A stretch of DNA of 64,000 nucleotides from Camelus ferus (GCF_009834535.1 NC_045697.1:57910001-57974000); one strand, 5' to 3'; shown: positions 1 through 14,030, numbered from the stretch's first letter. Translations and numbers: made by a program. The notes: a model not told the origin generated them from the sequence alone.

Positions 1-1929
1 TAAGAAAACTAAGCTCAAAAATTTGTCCCACTTTCCCCCTCCATTAAGTAAAAATAATTTTGGTTCACTATAACAAACCTACAGGTTTACTGGTTCTAGA
101 AATTCTGGTTTAACTTGGAGTCTGTAGTGAGGGAAGTGTTAGTTGAAGAACAGAGGTTTATTTATTATTCTGAGACTCTAAGATCAAGAAAAAAGGAATA
201 AATACTGTAAATTTTTGATGCATTTATTTTGAAGAATAAGTCTTCTGACTTTAAAATAAAGTTCTGTGCTCTGAAATTTATTTTTAATAACTTATTTTTC
301 CAAGACAGTTTCAAAGGATCAAATTTTCATGAGACAGTAAACTTCAAAAGTTTATTTCAGTACACATAGCAATTGTTTCTTAATGAATGAAACATATGCT
401 CTTTTTATGAAGAAAACAAAAGATATAAAACCTCACTTTAAAGCCAAATCTAACATCTAACATTAAATAGTATGTTGTAAAGTTGTAAAGATCATACATA
501 TATACATACACATACCCACGCACACATATAAAATCTTTATAATTATATGTTATATATATAACCTGTTCTTTGTTGTGTACCTTGATGTCAAATGTGTAAG
601 TCATCAGAAAACCATGTAATACTCAACTTTTTAGGATATTATCAATTTAATATTAGTCCAGGGAGTTTGAAGCGAATGAGAATTACTGAATACATACAGA
701 GAATTAGACTTTCAAATATGACCTAGATCATTTTCTGATATCAGATTTCAAACCCAAGCTTAAATTCATAGGTGATTTGCCAATTTCAACCATAATAAGC
801 ATATAAAATATCTAATAGTGGTTTGCCCTTGAAAGAAACTCTTTTCTCTTCAGTTTTATTGCTGGTGTTAAATTTTCCACTACCTATAAAATGCATTTTG
901 ATCAACTGAAACTTGAAAGATGTTAGAATAGGATCTCACCTATTTCCCAGCACCAGAAGTTTTATCCATATAGAAGTGTGAGTATATCAAAGTCATATGC
1001 ATTAATATATTCAACAGCTCCATGTGTGCATATTTGATACAGAATTACATTCATCTCTTTGATGTCTAACATGCGATTAGTATTTTTGTGATTTGGGTTT
1101 AAAAGAAAACAGAGTGTGTATCCATCAGAGGTTGTCTTCTCTTAATAAGAGACACTAAAGTTTTACTGTCAATCAAATTTATCAGATTATTTATAAATGA
1201 TGACATTCCATATGATTTATATTTCATATAAACTTGAAATAAATTTATAGAAAGTGATATCCTAACCAGAATATCTATTTACTTGTAACTAAAAACATAG
1301 TGGAATAGTTGTATTCATAAACTGAGATCTCCTTCCTAATTTCAAAGTGTCTGGGGAATTCAGTAAGCAACAGCAACATTGTTTTACTAGCATTTTGTCA
1401 GAATGAAAGAAGATGAAGAGTTTGTAGAATATTTCAGCTACTGGGAATTAAACTTGCTTGTATGTAGACTGTCTCAAGCCATCTATTTCCATACTTCTAA
1501 TCTCACTGGCAAAGAATATTCTATTCTGACTATATTCTCAAGGTTTTCAAATGAATCTATTTTAAATATCTATCCTCCTTCCCATGAAACTTTGGACTCC
1601 AAGAACTTTATTAGATTAACTTTAATCAAATAAACATTTACTAAGCACAGTAGATGGCTTCTTATCCAAATCAATAGTTGGTTATTTTGTTTAAATCCCC
1701 CAAAGCTGGAAATCCTAAAAATAAAATTTTGTGGATGTAAACATTTTATATTCACTAATATTCATTCACTAAATTTTTACTGCAGGAACAAGGTATTTTC
1801 TTTGGGCTTGGGTCTACTGATTTTCATTTGTGTTGACTTTATTTCATCTACCACACCCATAATGCATTATCTTCTATTTTTAGATGATATTTTCTTTCAA
1901 ATGAAGAAAAAAAATGCCATAGCTCTATC

Positions 1930-2320
1930 AAAACTAATGCAAACTCTGACAAAGGTAGAATAAGAAGGTACTCAGGAACACATAAAAGGAGGCACTTAAC
2001 TGTTACTGAAATCCTGAGTAAATTTTCACATAAGCAGATATTTTGAGCAGCAGCCTAAAAACAGACTTTTCAAGGAGATCAAAGGTGGGAGAGTCATTTG
2101 AGTCAAATGGCACTGGATGCTGGAACACCTGGAGGTGATCAATAAATACCTCATTTTCAAACACTGGTAGAAAGGTAGCTAAGGTCTATGTTGTAAACAT
2201 TTGGTTTTATCTAGAGATAAGGGATTTGTTAGAGGACTTTAATCAGAAAGTTTTTATTTGTTTAATCGAAGTTGTAGTTTATAAGGAAGCACTCACGGAA
2301 ATACAGAAATAAGAGAAAGG
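1930..2320 (-). mobile_element. Degenerate LINE-2 fragment (antisense)
   Basis: Purine-rich stretch with L2-antisense-like motifs (ggttttatctagagataagggatttgttagaggactttaatcag); boundaries approximate. Confidence 0.45.
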
Positions 2321-5300
2321 TCCTACTTTCAATTCTAAGATCTGACACTTTTTAGCTGAGTGATCTTGGACAAATTTCTTCAGTGTATCTTGGATGTTAG
2401 CAGAGATCTCACTATTTCCTTAACCCCAGATCTTGGGCTAAACTATTCCAACATGATTACCTCAAGCTGCAATTCTATGGCAACCCACAGCCTGGACAGC
2501 TGACTCTTCCTTCCCAGACTATTTCTTACCTCACTTGCTCAGGCAGGCACACGCATACTAACTATATGCTAGCATTCTCTGAAAAAAGCATGGTTCCTGA
2601 GACCAGAGCATGCCTGGTCCTGGGATTAATATTTCTGCATCCTTTTTCAATGTCTTAGCCTCTGAAGTCACACATGGCTCTATGGGGAGCTCAGGATGGT
2701 TATATTAATTTCACAAAGTGAAACAAAAGGAAACAGACACAGAAGACAGTTTGGTAAATTCCTTTAAGTTTCTTTACATATGCCATATAAGCGGACACCA
2801 AAAATATCAGCACCAACCATATATCCCATAGGTATGAAAAGACTATTTTCATAGTTCAAAAAAATGGCTTATAGTTAAATTTTTGCCATACCATAGAATA
2901 GCATACAACTAGACAATATAGATTTATTTCCTTTTTTTCTTACTTGCTTTTCCAAAATATCCAAACTAAGTTTATCTGTCTTTATTGATCCATCAACCAT
3001 TTATGTATCATCTGTCAATCACCTTCACTTATTTATCTGTTCCTCCCACTTTTCTCTGATTCTTGCTCCCACCCAAGAAGGACACTAGCCTTTAGAAAAG
3101 TCCCTATGTTGCTTGAAGATGTCTCACATGAGTTCATTAATGAGAACCTCATGTTCAGTTATCATAAGGCAACCTACAATTTTTCCTCTTTGTTTACTGA
3201 CAGACTCTTCCACAGGGCACTATAATGTACTACAGATAACACGCTTGTATAACACAGGCACACTTATGTTTTTCTGGTACTGTGGTTGTTTTTTATTTTT
3301 TTTAACTGGGCCCTGGCACTTTCACTGGGATCACAGGCACTCTGAACTGTTGGAAACTTTCCGTAGCAGAGTGCTGCAGCCTAGGAAGCATTTATACGTA
3401 GAAGGAATGAAAGATATGAAATGCTTCCTACAGAAGTCAATCAGTTATACTCTTATCATTCTGTGTTGCAATTTACCACATTAGTATCAAAACATTAAGT
3501 TTTTTAAGAAAAAGCTATTGTGCTGGGTGGGAAGATCACAGGATGCTAGGTAGGAAGAAAAACCCTAGTGAGACATCCAGAATGTGGCATTCCCAATCAC
3601 CCAACCTTCCAGTCACGGAATAGTACTGTTACTTGACCATGTGTGAATTCCTTAGGAGGATTTTCTCCAGGAGATTCTTACGTATCCTAATTAGCTCTGG
3701 CACATCTTCCCTATCGGGTCACCAGACATCGTCAGAACTGAAGCCAGATAGAACTGACATCCCCAAGGGTCAGTCTAGAACTCCTCTCCAACGCTCAGGA
3801 GCTACATGCTCTTCTCAGAATATTCTATTCCCCCCACGTGTTTATTCCTTGCCACATCTCACGTGTGGCTCACTAGTAACTATTTTACAGGTTTTCATCT
3901 AATGTTGATGGACTAAACACACTTCTGCTGGGTGAACACTGAGCTATCCAGAGATGAGGCAATACCTACCCAAAATGGTGTATGACTGTGTGCACACAAA
4001 TACACTTGCGTGTGCTGGGAGAAGAGGCCAGGCATGGGCACATGAGCTTTCTAAAATATTTACTTGTGCTTATATTCTGAAGCAGCTCTAAACTCCAAAA
4101 TGAATGATCTTACTTTTCTAATCACTGTAGGAAAGAACATTTTCTAGTTTGAAAGATGAAATAAAACTATATTGCCCAGAGATAATAATTAAGCACATTT
4201 TGAAGAATTCTTATTTTCTCTCCCCACTCCAGACTTCTTCTTGATACAGCATATTAGAAATTTGTAAACGTGTGCTTTTACTTGGATGTTCGAAAATATT
4301 TAATATATGGGTGTTGACCTATGAAAATGCTAGTAATATCTGCACTTCCACAGTGTAATACAGAACTACAGTTCTTGTTATTTTTTGAATAAAAAATACT
4401 TTGAGAGAAAGCAAAGCTTCCTATGTATAAAATTAAAGATGAGATGCAAAATGGTCAGATATAAATAAAACCCAATAAAGAAGTAGAATAAAGCAGAAAA
4501 AATGGGGCTGTTCTTCTACAAACATAAGCTTCTACCTAAATCCTCTTGGAAATTTGCTTGGCATTACTATTTAGACTCTCAGATTCAATATTAATAAGAT
4601 AGATTTTTAAAATATGGATTTAATATTACAGAATAAACAAAAATAATAAGATCCATACATGGAGGTATAGAAAATGAATAAATTAGGAAATATCAAATAA
4701 TTTAAAAATGAGTGATAGCAGGAAAATGTACAAATGGCAAAATATAATACAATAACAATAAAAATGATAAGCTATGAAAACCAATTGGATATTAGAAAGC
4801 TTTAAAAATGCTTTTAAAACTGGACCAGAAAAGCCTACCTATCTACAAGAAAACATCCAAATCTGTACTTACAAATAAACACTGTAGAGCAGAATTAAAC
4901 CTATGGTGACAAAAAAAAAAAAGCCTGCACAAAGTTTTTCCACTATATAATATCTAACACAATATATTTATATTTATATTATTTTCAATATAAATGAATA
5001 CTTCATGTGATGATACAAATTGATAACATAATTCATACTGTAACTATATATTTTAAATCTTCATAATTATAAATAAATGAATAAAATCATATTTTCCTTG
5101 AGCTATTTTCATATTGTAAAGTAAAAGATCTAGATTCATTAATATAATCACAAGCAATTCTAGTCAAGAGTTCACAATAGAGGAAGTAAGAATAAAAGAT
5201 TGCCAACAATTGCCTATAGTCATTAATCTCTGATAAGCTTAAAGAACAAAAAATTATCTTGCCTCAAAATATACTTTATTTATCAGTATGCCCATCCAGT

Positions 5301-6202
5301 CCACAGCAGATAGGCTCAGCAGGGCCACTTTAATCCTCTATTTGAATGCAGACTTCTAGATGTCAGATTTAGAATATCTCAGGGATGCTAATCTTCTCTA
5401 CTTAAATATCACCTTACATGCTGAAGTCCCCTTATGATTTTGTGGTTCCTGGGAAAGGAAAAGTCTCCTTACTATATTACTTTGAAAATAGTTTCTAAAA
5501 TAAACATCACAAAGCTGAACTTCAGAATTCAGATTTGAAAACTTATCAGTATTTATTATTTAAAAACATCTTTGAATAACAGATTCTCTTTATTTTACAA
5601 ACAGGTTTTTCTAGATAGGTTAAATAATCAAACTAACACAAACATTTTGTATTTTCCTTTGCAGCTGTCTTTAACAGCTTCCTTTGGTAGAATTTTTCTC
5701 TTCCCATAATTCCTCAAGATGATAATGCTTGAACTTAAAGAAAAAGTCTAGTGTTATGTAATGCTGCTATTTCTATCACAAAACTCCTTGCATATATGCA
5801 ACAGATCTGGTCTCAGTTAAAAAAATAGAAGGTGAATAAACATCCTTTTCTAAAATGTGCAGCAGAGAAAACGAAACGAACTTTAAAGGTTGTGAGCTGG
5901 CCACAAATCCCAAATCATGATTGTGAGAGTTGTCTTAGATTCGTCATTTAGATGTTAGTATCTCCCTTCTCTCTTCAGAACACCTGTCCACACTCTGTCC
6001 CTTTGTAACATTACACTCAACAAGGTATCAGTTGTTAATCAAGCAATAGAGTCACTTGTGATGAGCATTTAGGTGGATGAATACAGGTAGTAGCTAATAA
6101 AACCTTAATGTGTACTTTTCATAGATATTGTGCAAAACATTCAATGATTTAAGATTTAATTCTGAAAGGTCTAACATGGATCAGAGTAAATATATTGGTA
6201 CT

Positions 6203-6624
6203 TGCTATGGTGTGAATTGCATTCTCCAAAAAGATATGTTGAGACTAGCTCCCAGTATATGTGAAGGTGATCATATTTGGGTCTTTGAGGATGTTATCAA
6301 GTTCAGATGAGGATCCCAATCTGATATGGCTGGTGCCCTTATAAGAGGGGAGACACAGATACACAGAGAGAAGAATGCCAAGGGTAACAGAGTCAGAGGT
6401 TAAAGTGGTGCCTCTGGAAGTAAAGGAATGTTGAGGATTGCGAGCAACCAACAGAAGCTAAGAGACAGGCATGAAACAGATCCTCCCTCGAGTGACCAAG
6501 AAGGAACCAAGTTTGTCCAAATTTTGCTTTCGGAATTCTAACCTCCAAAGCAATGAGAGAATAAATTTCTGTTGTCTTAAGCCACCCAGTTGTGGTCATT
6601 TATTATAGCAGTTTTAGGAAACTT
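6203..6624 (+). mobile_element. MaLR LTR, MLT1C-like solo LTR
   Basis: Starts tgctatggtgtgaattgc; contains ggtgcccttataagag; ends gagagaataaatttctgttgtcttaagccacccagttgtggtcatttattatagcag, a typical MLT1 3' end. Confidence 0.85.
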
Positions 6625-7069
6625 TTTTAAGTGTCCTTTTTATTTGGTACCCTCAAAGAAAATCATTGGATGTCCACTGCTGCTCCACGGAAACCCCCTG
6701 AAAAAACAGTAAAGATACTTAAAGACACAAGTTCAACAAATTGCTGGTCTTTTAAGTTAACAAGTGGGAATTGTGATCACAAACTAAAAGGTCCTGAGAG
6801 AAGTGACGTGTATATTTATTTCAACGTATCACATCATAAGTCATTATTTTGATGCTTATGCTCTCTACGTGACAATAAAAGCCAATACCAGTCTAGCATC
6901 TCTCTTACCACTTTTGTCTGTGATAGCTTGATTAAAATAATTTTTAAACAAAAGGTATTCACAAGGAATAAAGGAATTCAAGGAAAGTCAGATTTTGGAT
7001 TGGGGAGTTCAAAGATGAAATCGGGCACTGGAAAAAGGAACTGTCAGATATAAGCTCTCCAGGAGTTGG

Positions 7070-7175
7070 AAATCATATGTTTAGTCTTGATTCTTCCACC
7101 AGATAGCTGCCTTCATGTCTGTTAAGTTTTCTGAACCTAGGTTTCCTCATCTGGAAAATGAAAAGTTTGACCAGA
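7070..7175 (+). mobile_element. MIR/MIR3 SINE fragment
   Basis: Core motif tctgaacctaggtttcctcatctggaaaatg. Confidence 0.6.
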
Positions 7176-8761
7176 CACACTGAGTATCTACGTCTTGCCT
7201 AAATCACTGGAGGTAACCAACCTGACAGTGATACAACCTTAACGTATCCACTTATTCAAACTTCTTTCAAGTAAGAAGAACAGGAAACAATTTATCTTGA
7301 CTTTAACACTGGAAAGACAGCTACTTGCGGCTAATTCTAAATAAAATAATATGAAAACTCTTACTGAAACAACATTAAAATTTTAATCTCACCCAATCAG
7401 CAAATCATTTCTCTCTCCTTTAAGCCTTAATTTCTATTTTCACCTAAAGGCCTTTTTTTGTTTTTAACTATCTTCCTGATTTAACTTTTCATTATTTCCA
7501 TTAGAGTTCTCTCTCACTTTTAACAGGGACAAAATGATTCTAGTTCTCTCTTTAGACTGAGGGTCTACTTTAAGTCTCTGGGACACAGGATTTCCTTTTA
7601 TACTCTCGATTATCCTCCTGAAACATGTCTTATTATCCACTAGTCTCCAATGTCACAAAACAAACTGACTCAGGCATTACTCTTTAAGATAACCTAACTC
7701 ATTCAAGAATTACATCCACTTAAAAGAACTTTTGAGTTTCACAGTTTAACACCAACATCAGGGCATGGGCAAAGGAGTTAAAAAAAAAAAACTTTCACTG
7801 AAGATCACACACAACTTCTTCATGTATTTGTCTCTATGGTTCAAAACTAGAATTAAAATTAAAATGGACAATTTATTTTACAAAGCCTAAGTGAACACTG
7901 AGATTAGCACTTCATTATGTTTCTAAATATTCTGGCAAGTATTACTATCTGCTAGGCAGGAATTACTTTCTGATTATTATGTAGACTAGACGTTTGCTGA
8001 GCCCTTTCCTTTCTTTCCTTGTATATGTCCCTCTCAGAAGTTTTTCTAGGATTTCGAGTCTCTTTCCTCTGCTATCACTAATCAACCTGGCAAACTGAGC
8101 TTTAGTTCTCCTCGTGGAAAAAAAAAATCCCATCTCTGTAGGATTGTGGGAGAGTTAAAGGTATAAGAGGTGCCTCTCCCCCTTACGAGTGTACCTCCTT
8201 AACCTCGACAAAATAACACACTCAGATTTCATACAAAATACAAATGACTCAGAAAAAAAGTTCCAATGCCACAGAACAAAGGTGAAATTTCTAACTAACT
8301 CGAACATTTCACTAACATTTTTAAAGACAGTATTATCTGTGCATGCCTGCTCCGCCTGGGAATTTCCAGTGCAAGTTTGCTTTGCTCCTAACTTTGTCCA
8401 CCTGTCCTCAAGTTCAAGTCTTCTGCTCCATCCCATAAACAAACTTTATTCCAAGTCTCTCTGTCTGAGACTCTAAGCAGTTTCCTTTCCTAGAATAATA
8501 TTATCAGTTCTCTTGGGAAGAGAGTTTGCTTCCTAACTCAAGCCTATGTCTTAGAGTCTTAAGTAGTATCCAGAGTTTTGGCCAATACATCAAAATTTGC
8601 TGCTGCTCTGTTTCATTCACATGGAGGAGATGGCTTCAGGCCCATAAGCAAAGATGAAGTATTGCAATTTCATTTATTTATTTTTAATATTTCCACAAGA
8701 AAGGCAGCATGACTTCAGATTCTTTTAATCATCCATTGAAAATGTTGGTTCCCCTCGTGCA

Positions 8762-9260
8762 TCAATAGGATGGCTTCACCATAAGTAACAAAGCTCCTGA
8801 CTTACAATGGTTTATGAAATAAGTATATTCTTCCATAACAGGAAGTCCCAAGGTAGGGCAAGTTTCAGACTTATTTGATTCAGTGGCTTCCTGATGCCAC
8901 CAAAGACATAGATTACTTTTATTTCCTTGTAATGTCATTCTCAGCTTTGTTTTATAGTCTGTGTAAAGCAATTCTAAGCATCATACGTAGATTTGAATGC
9001 ATCCCAGAAAAAAAGAGACCTGCTCTTCATGCAGCAAAAATTTTTTCCCCAGATACCCTTAAAAGAGTTTTCTCATGAATTACTGGCTAAATATGGGTCA
9101 TAAACCCATTTTCTAAGCCAAATACAAATAAAGGGAATCAACTTCCCCTTAGAACAAGCAGGCCTCATCTGAGGTGAGCTGGGAGGGGATCAGCTTCCCC
9201 ACAGGCACTAGCTGAGCAAAACTGAGGTTCTAACGGGAGAAGAGAAGAGGAGTAGGTGCT
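8762..9260 (-). mobile_element. Old MaLR LTR (MLT1J/K-like), antisense
   Basis: Resembles recalled antisense MLT1J/K (ataacaggaagtcccaaggtagggc...tgccaccaaagac...ggtcataaacccattttctaagcca). Confidence 0.5.
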
Positions 9261-9327
9261 AAGTGGACATAAATCACTGCTTTAAAGAAAACCTTTACTT
9301 TCTCTCTTAGAAATGATAGTGCTTTCT

Positions 9328-9989
9328 CCCTGCCCCCCTTCTTTTAAATAGAAGTATAGTCGGTTTACAATGTTGTGTTAGTTTCTGGTGTACAGCAGAG
9401 TGATTTTCAGTTATATATTATATATATATATATTATATATATAAAACATATATTAAATATGAAAAGGATTATATACATATAGCCTTTTCATATATTCTTT
9501 TTCATTATAATATATATATATTATATATATAAAACATATATTAAATATGAAAAGGATTATATACATATGATTATATACATATTCTTTTTCATTATAGGTA
9601 TTGAATTACAAGGTATTGAATATAATTCCCTGTGCTATAGAGCATAAACTTGTTGGTCATTTTATACTAGTTAGTATCTGCAAATCCCAAACTCCAAATT
9701 TATCCCTCCATCTCCCCCATCCCTCTGGTAACCAAATGTTTGTTTCCTATGTCTGTGAGTCTGTTCATGTTTGTAAATAAGTTCATTTGTCTCATTTTTG
9801 TTTTTATAGATTCCACATGTAAGTGATATCATATGGTATTTTTCTTTCTCTTTCTGGCTTACTTCACTTAGTATGACAATCTCCAGGTCTATCCATGTTG
9901 CCACAAATGATGTTATTTTTATCTTTTTATGGCCTAGTAGTATTCCATTGTATAAATGTACCACAACTTCTTTATCCAGTCATCTTGTC
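9328..9989 (-). mobile_element. 5'-truncated lineage-specific L1 (end of ORF2 plus 3'UTR) with 13-bp TSD
   Basis: Minus-strand ORF 9671-9964 (LYNGILLGHKKIKITSFVATWIDLEIVILSEVSQKEKEKYHMISLTCG) matches the frameshifted L1 ORF2 C-terminus; TSD gatagtgctttct at 9315-9327 and 9990-10002; minus-strand site TT/AGAAAG fits the L1 endonuclease. Confidence 0.92.
9411..9596. repeat. TA-rich tandem duplication (period 88 bp) inside the L1 3'UTR
   Basis: 58-bp block at 9423-9480 repeated identically at 9511-9568. Confidence 0.9.
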
Positions 9990-10923
9990 GATAGTGCTTT
10001 CTAAATTCAATGCCAGGATAAGGCACCGGCTTTTCTTGAAATTTTCAACTTGGTAATTTCCAACAGAGTTAGGAAAATGGTTTCCTTAGCATATTAGGTA
10101 CTTATCTCTTTGGGTCTACATGCTCCTTAGAAATTAACAGAGTTACTAAACAAATATCTTACTCTCTTATGTGGAAATAATAAATTTTCCCAATCAGATA
10201 AACAGTCCTCACCTTTACTCAACTAAATCCTTTTTACCTCATAGCATGAGGTCACTGTCTCACTTAAAATTTCTTAGATTAAACATGATTTTCTCAGTGC
10301 TGTGCAGGTGTGAAGTCCTCGCTTTGTCACTCAACTCTGCCAGCCATGCCTTCTGTCTCCTTTGATTGGTGTTTTCAAAGACTAAACAGAGTATCTGAGA
10401 AACCCATTCAGGATACACTTTTGTAGTGTTGTTTCAAGTCTACTGTATGGATTTAGAGTGGAAAGCCATTCTTGCATATCATCTCTGCAAAGATGATTTT
10501 GTGTCTGATTTTATCTAACCTTTATAAAAAATTAGCATTCTTCGACTGATCCTTGATAGTTGGTAGGCTTCTACCTATGTATTATTGGAGCCAAATTCTG
10601 AAACTGAATGTCTCTTTTTATCAATTCTAGAACTCTATTAATATTGTGTTTTCCCTATCAGTGGCATTGCAGAAAACAATTGACAGAACCAACAAGCTTT
10701 TCATAGATTCTCTCTTAACCTAGCTGAAACATGAGTAATAGAGTTTGCCTTTACATTCACAGGAATGATACTAAGACCAGCAGACAGTATCTAGATAATT
10801 TTGGTTACTTATTGAAACACTAATGTCTAAAATTTGAATTTCACATCTTAGCATCTTCTCATGCCAATAGTTTACTTGGCATCTGCACTGGTTGTCTACT
10901 GTGCATCTCAAATGCAAACTGTG

Positions 10924-11304
10924 TGTATTAGTCCCCCAGGACTGCCAAAGCAAAATACCAGAGACTGGGTAACTTTACAACAAAAATTTACTTTCTCACA
11001 GTTCTAGCAACGAAAGTCTAAGATCAAGGTGCTGTCAGAGGTTTGGTTTCTCCTAAGTCCTCTCTCCTTGGATTGCACTGGGCTGCCCTCCTGCTACGTC
11101 TTCATGTGGTCTTTTCTCTGTGAGCCATCTTTCTCTCTGCATAAAAGGACACCGGATATGGACTAAGGCTCCCCCATAAAGGCTTCATTTTATCTTGAAC
11201 TATCCCTTTCAGGGCCATTTGTTTAAATACTGTCATATTCTAAGGTACTAGGTGTTAGGACATCAACATACAAATTTGGCAGGGACACAATTCAGTCTGT
11301 AACA
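10924..11304 (-). mobile_element. MaLR LTR, MLT1A/B-like, antisense
   Basis: tgtattagt...aaatttactttctcacagttctag...aagtctaagatcaaggtg...gggacacaattcagtctgtaaca is the antisense MLT1 pattern. Confidence 0.85.
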
Positions 11305-11309
11305 CTGCA

Positions 11310-11920
11310 AAACAGACATCTTGATTATTTACCTCAAATCTTCTCTTTTCCTAGTTTTGACCACTCTAGGGGCAACTCCATCTCTCTAAATCTGCTGAGT
11401 CTCTCTGTTCCCTTCCCTGAACTCTTCTCACTTTCTTTCTACTACCCTGACCCAAGCCTCAACTATCTCCTGTCTGGACTGTCAGCCTTCATACAACTCT
11501 CTTCATCATTTATTAAACTCCAACCACCTTAGTTACATCTCTGTTTCTCATATAATTGAAATTTAATTCTGCCTAAAGGTATTGGCTTGAATTATCCTCT
11601 ACTTAAAATTCTCTCTCCAAATTCTGAAATGTATCTATTTTTACTATCAATCACTTATCAAACGTCCTGATTTCAAACAGCTTTTTCCTGTTCATCCTAT
11701 CCAAATTGTCCCTCCTTTCACTCTTTCTCCAATATCCCTGTTCTAATGTGCGATCCTTCAGTGAAGGTCACTCTTCATCATTGACTTGTTTATACTTATT
11801 TATACTTGTTTATACTTGTTTATAACACAAGTTCTCTGAGAGCAAGGGTCTTCTCTCTTTCATTCACGATGCAAACAGGGCCTTGCAAATAAGAGCTCAG
11901 TAAATACTTACTTAATACAT
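11310..11920 (+). mobile_element. LINE-2 3' fragment
   Basis: cccaagcctcaactatctcctgtctggact and 3' end agttctctgagagcaagg...gctcagtaaatactt. Confidence 0.6.
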
Positions 11921-12526
11921 AAAACAGAACAGGTCTTCAAGAATGAAGCTTATCCAAATGGCAGATTATAGGTCTAACCAAAACTACTCTCTCTCTCTCT
12001 TTTTTTTTTTTTTTTGAAGGCTATAAGAGGATATTTCATACCAGGCCAGCAAGTGCTTCCTTGAATTTCACTTCCATTTCTCAGACAAAGAATTCCTGAA
12101 TGTGAAACTGAAACTTTCTCTGATTCTCGTGAGGCACCAGCAAAGGAAATAAAGCATAATATTTATTTCTGAATAATAAGAGTTATTTCTGAACTCTCTC
12201 TGCTAGAATACACTGGCACATAAAGCTCGTTGGTGGAATATAGCTATGTTTTAAATTCTGGACTGTGGTACCATCGTTTAAAGTATAAAAAGCTTAGAAA
12301 TATTCTGATTGAAAGAGCTACCTGCGTCAGCAAACACTAATCATTTCAGACATGGAACTGAGATATACAACACTGCCTGGTTTGTCATATGAATATTGAA
12401 GTCACTCCAAAAATTGGCACAAATTAAGGTGAAGACTCTAAGGTTGATTCCAAAACTGTTAATAAATCACAAGATTCACATAAGGCCCATAGATGATTGC
12501 AAAAGACAGAGACAGAAATGGCAGAA

Positions 12527-13420
12527 CTGGAATGGAATATACAATGGACTATTACTTGGCATAAAAAAGAAGGAAATCTTGCCATTTGTGACAACATGGA
12601 TGAACCTATATTATACTATGCTAAGTGAAGTAAGTCAGACAGAGAAAGACAAATACATGATTTCACTTATATGTGGAGTCTAAAAAACAGAACAAATGAA
12701 CAAATATAACTCAGAGTTATAAATACAGAGAACAAAAAGGTGATTGCCAGAAGGGAGGGGTTGGGGGAGGAAAGAATTAGATGAGGGAGATTAGAGGTAC
12801 AAATTTCCAGTTACAAAAGAAATGAGTCACAGGTATGAAATGCATTATGTGGAAAATAAAGTCAATAACTTTGTAATATATTTGTATGATGACATACCAT
12901 AACTAGACTTACCCTGATGGTCATTTTGAAATGTATACAAATATCGAATTATTATGCTGTGTAACAGGAACTAACAGTATCGTAGGTCAATTATACTTCA
13001 AAAACAAACAAACTTGTAGAAAAAGAGGTAAGACTGGTTACCAGAGGTGGGGGATAAGAGAGGGGGAACTGGATAAAGGTAGTGAAAAGGTACAAACTTC
13101 CAGTTACAAGATAAATAAGTACTAGGGGTATTTATTTATGTACAACATAAAATATAATTTACATTGCTGTACATTATATATGAAAGTTAAGAGAGTAAAT
13201 CCTAAAAGTTCTCATCACAAGAAAAAATTGTTTTTTCTATTTCTTTAATTTGTTATCTATATGGGATGATGGACATTCACTAACTTACTGTGTTAATCAT
13301 TTCATGATATGTACATCAAATTATTATGCTGGATAACTTAAACTTATACAGTGCTGTATGTCAATGCCATCTCAGTAAAATTGGGAGAAAAAATATCTGT
13401 TATAACCTAAAAAAAAAAAA
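12527..13420 (+). mobile_element. 5'-truncated L1 (L1MA9-related laurasiatherian type) with poly(A) and 13-bp TSD
   Basis: ORF2 C-terminal peptide IKKKEILPFVTTWMNL...MLSEVSQTEKDKYMISLICG; A-tail 13409-13420; TSD agaaatggcagaa at 12514-12526 and 13421-13433. Confidence 0.92.
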
Positions 13421-14030
13421 AGAAATGGCAGAATGAGACAATATGAATCTCAAATAATCAGATGTTCTTTGGGGAAGCAAAATAATGACCCAAAGCGGTG
13501 AAAGCGGGGAAGGAAGACACTGACCTCCTCTCTTCATCTAGGACCCAGACATAACAGGCTTGGTTAAGACAAGACTTTCGATAGGCTTTTTCCCCAGGTA
13601 GCTATGAATATTTAATAAACAATTTTGGTTAAGGTTTTAATTAGTTTTCTATTATAAGGAACATTCTTAGCTATAAAACATTCTTAAAAAGTAATTGATA
13701 TACCTACAAGTATGTTAAATAATTGAAATATGCTGAATTTTAAAGTAAACTAAAGTGTTAGTTATTTCTAGATGGAGGTGTAGCTTCTTTATTAAAAAGC
13801 TCAAATTCAGCTTATTTATAATTGAATATAGGAACAAAATCTCAAAAAGATTAAAGATGTTTTGCAAGGAAAGGCCTCAATCAATTGTTTTTATTTTAAC
13901 ACTAAAAAGAAGCCTTAATTACAAATTCAAAAATAATGAAACACAGGCACTGTCTTAAAGAGATCAACTCTAAGGTGTTTATTTTCTGAAGTCTGTATTT
14001 ACTGGGAACAAATAATTTTTTAAATTGGTG

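Noticed and set aside
3382..3430. 12-bp perfect inverted repeat taggaagcattt/aaatgcttccta as a pre-miRNA
   Set aside because: Stem too short with a 25-nt spacer; roughly one such hit is plausible by chance in 64 kb
5633..5830. Strong plus-strand branch point (ctaac) and acceptor (ttttcctttgcag at 5664)
   Set aside because: All three downstream frames stop quickly and the nearest donor is weak; no supporting gene context
6650..6720. Minus-strand acceptor tctttactgttttttcag followed by GVSVEQQWTSNDFL*
   Set aside because: Peptide unrecognised and no linked upstream exon can be supported
11785..11825. Tandem 10-mers (tatacttgtt) and other short direct repeats as a CRISPR-like array
   Set aside because: Simple slippage duplications without unique spacers, in a mammalian context
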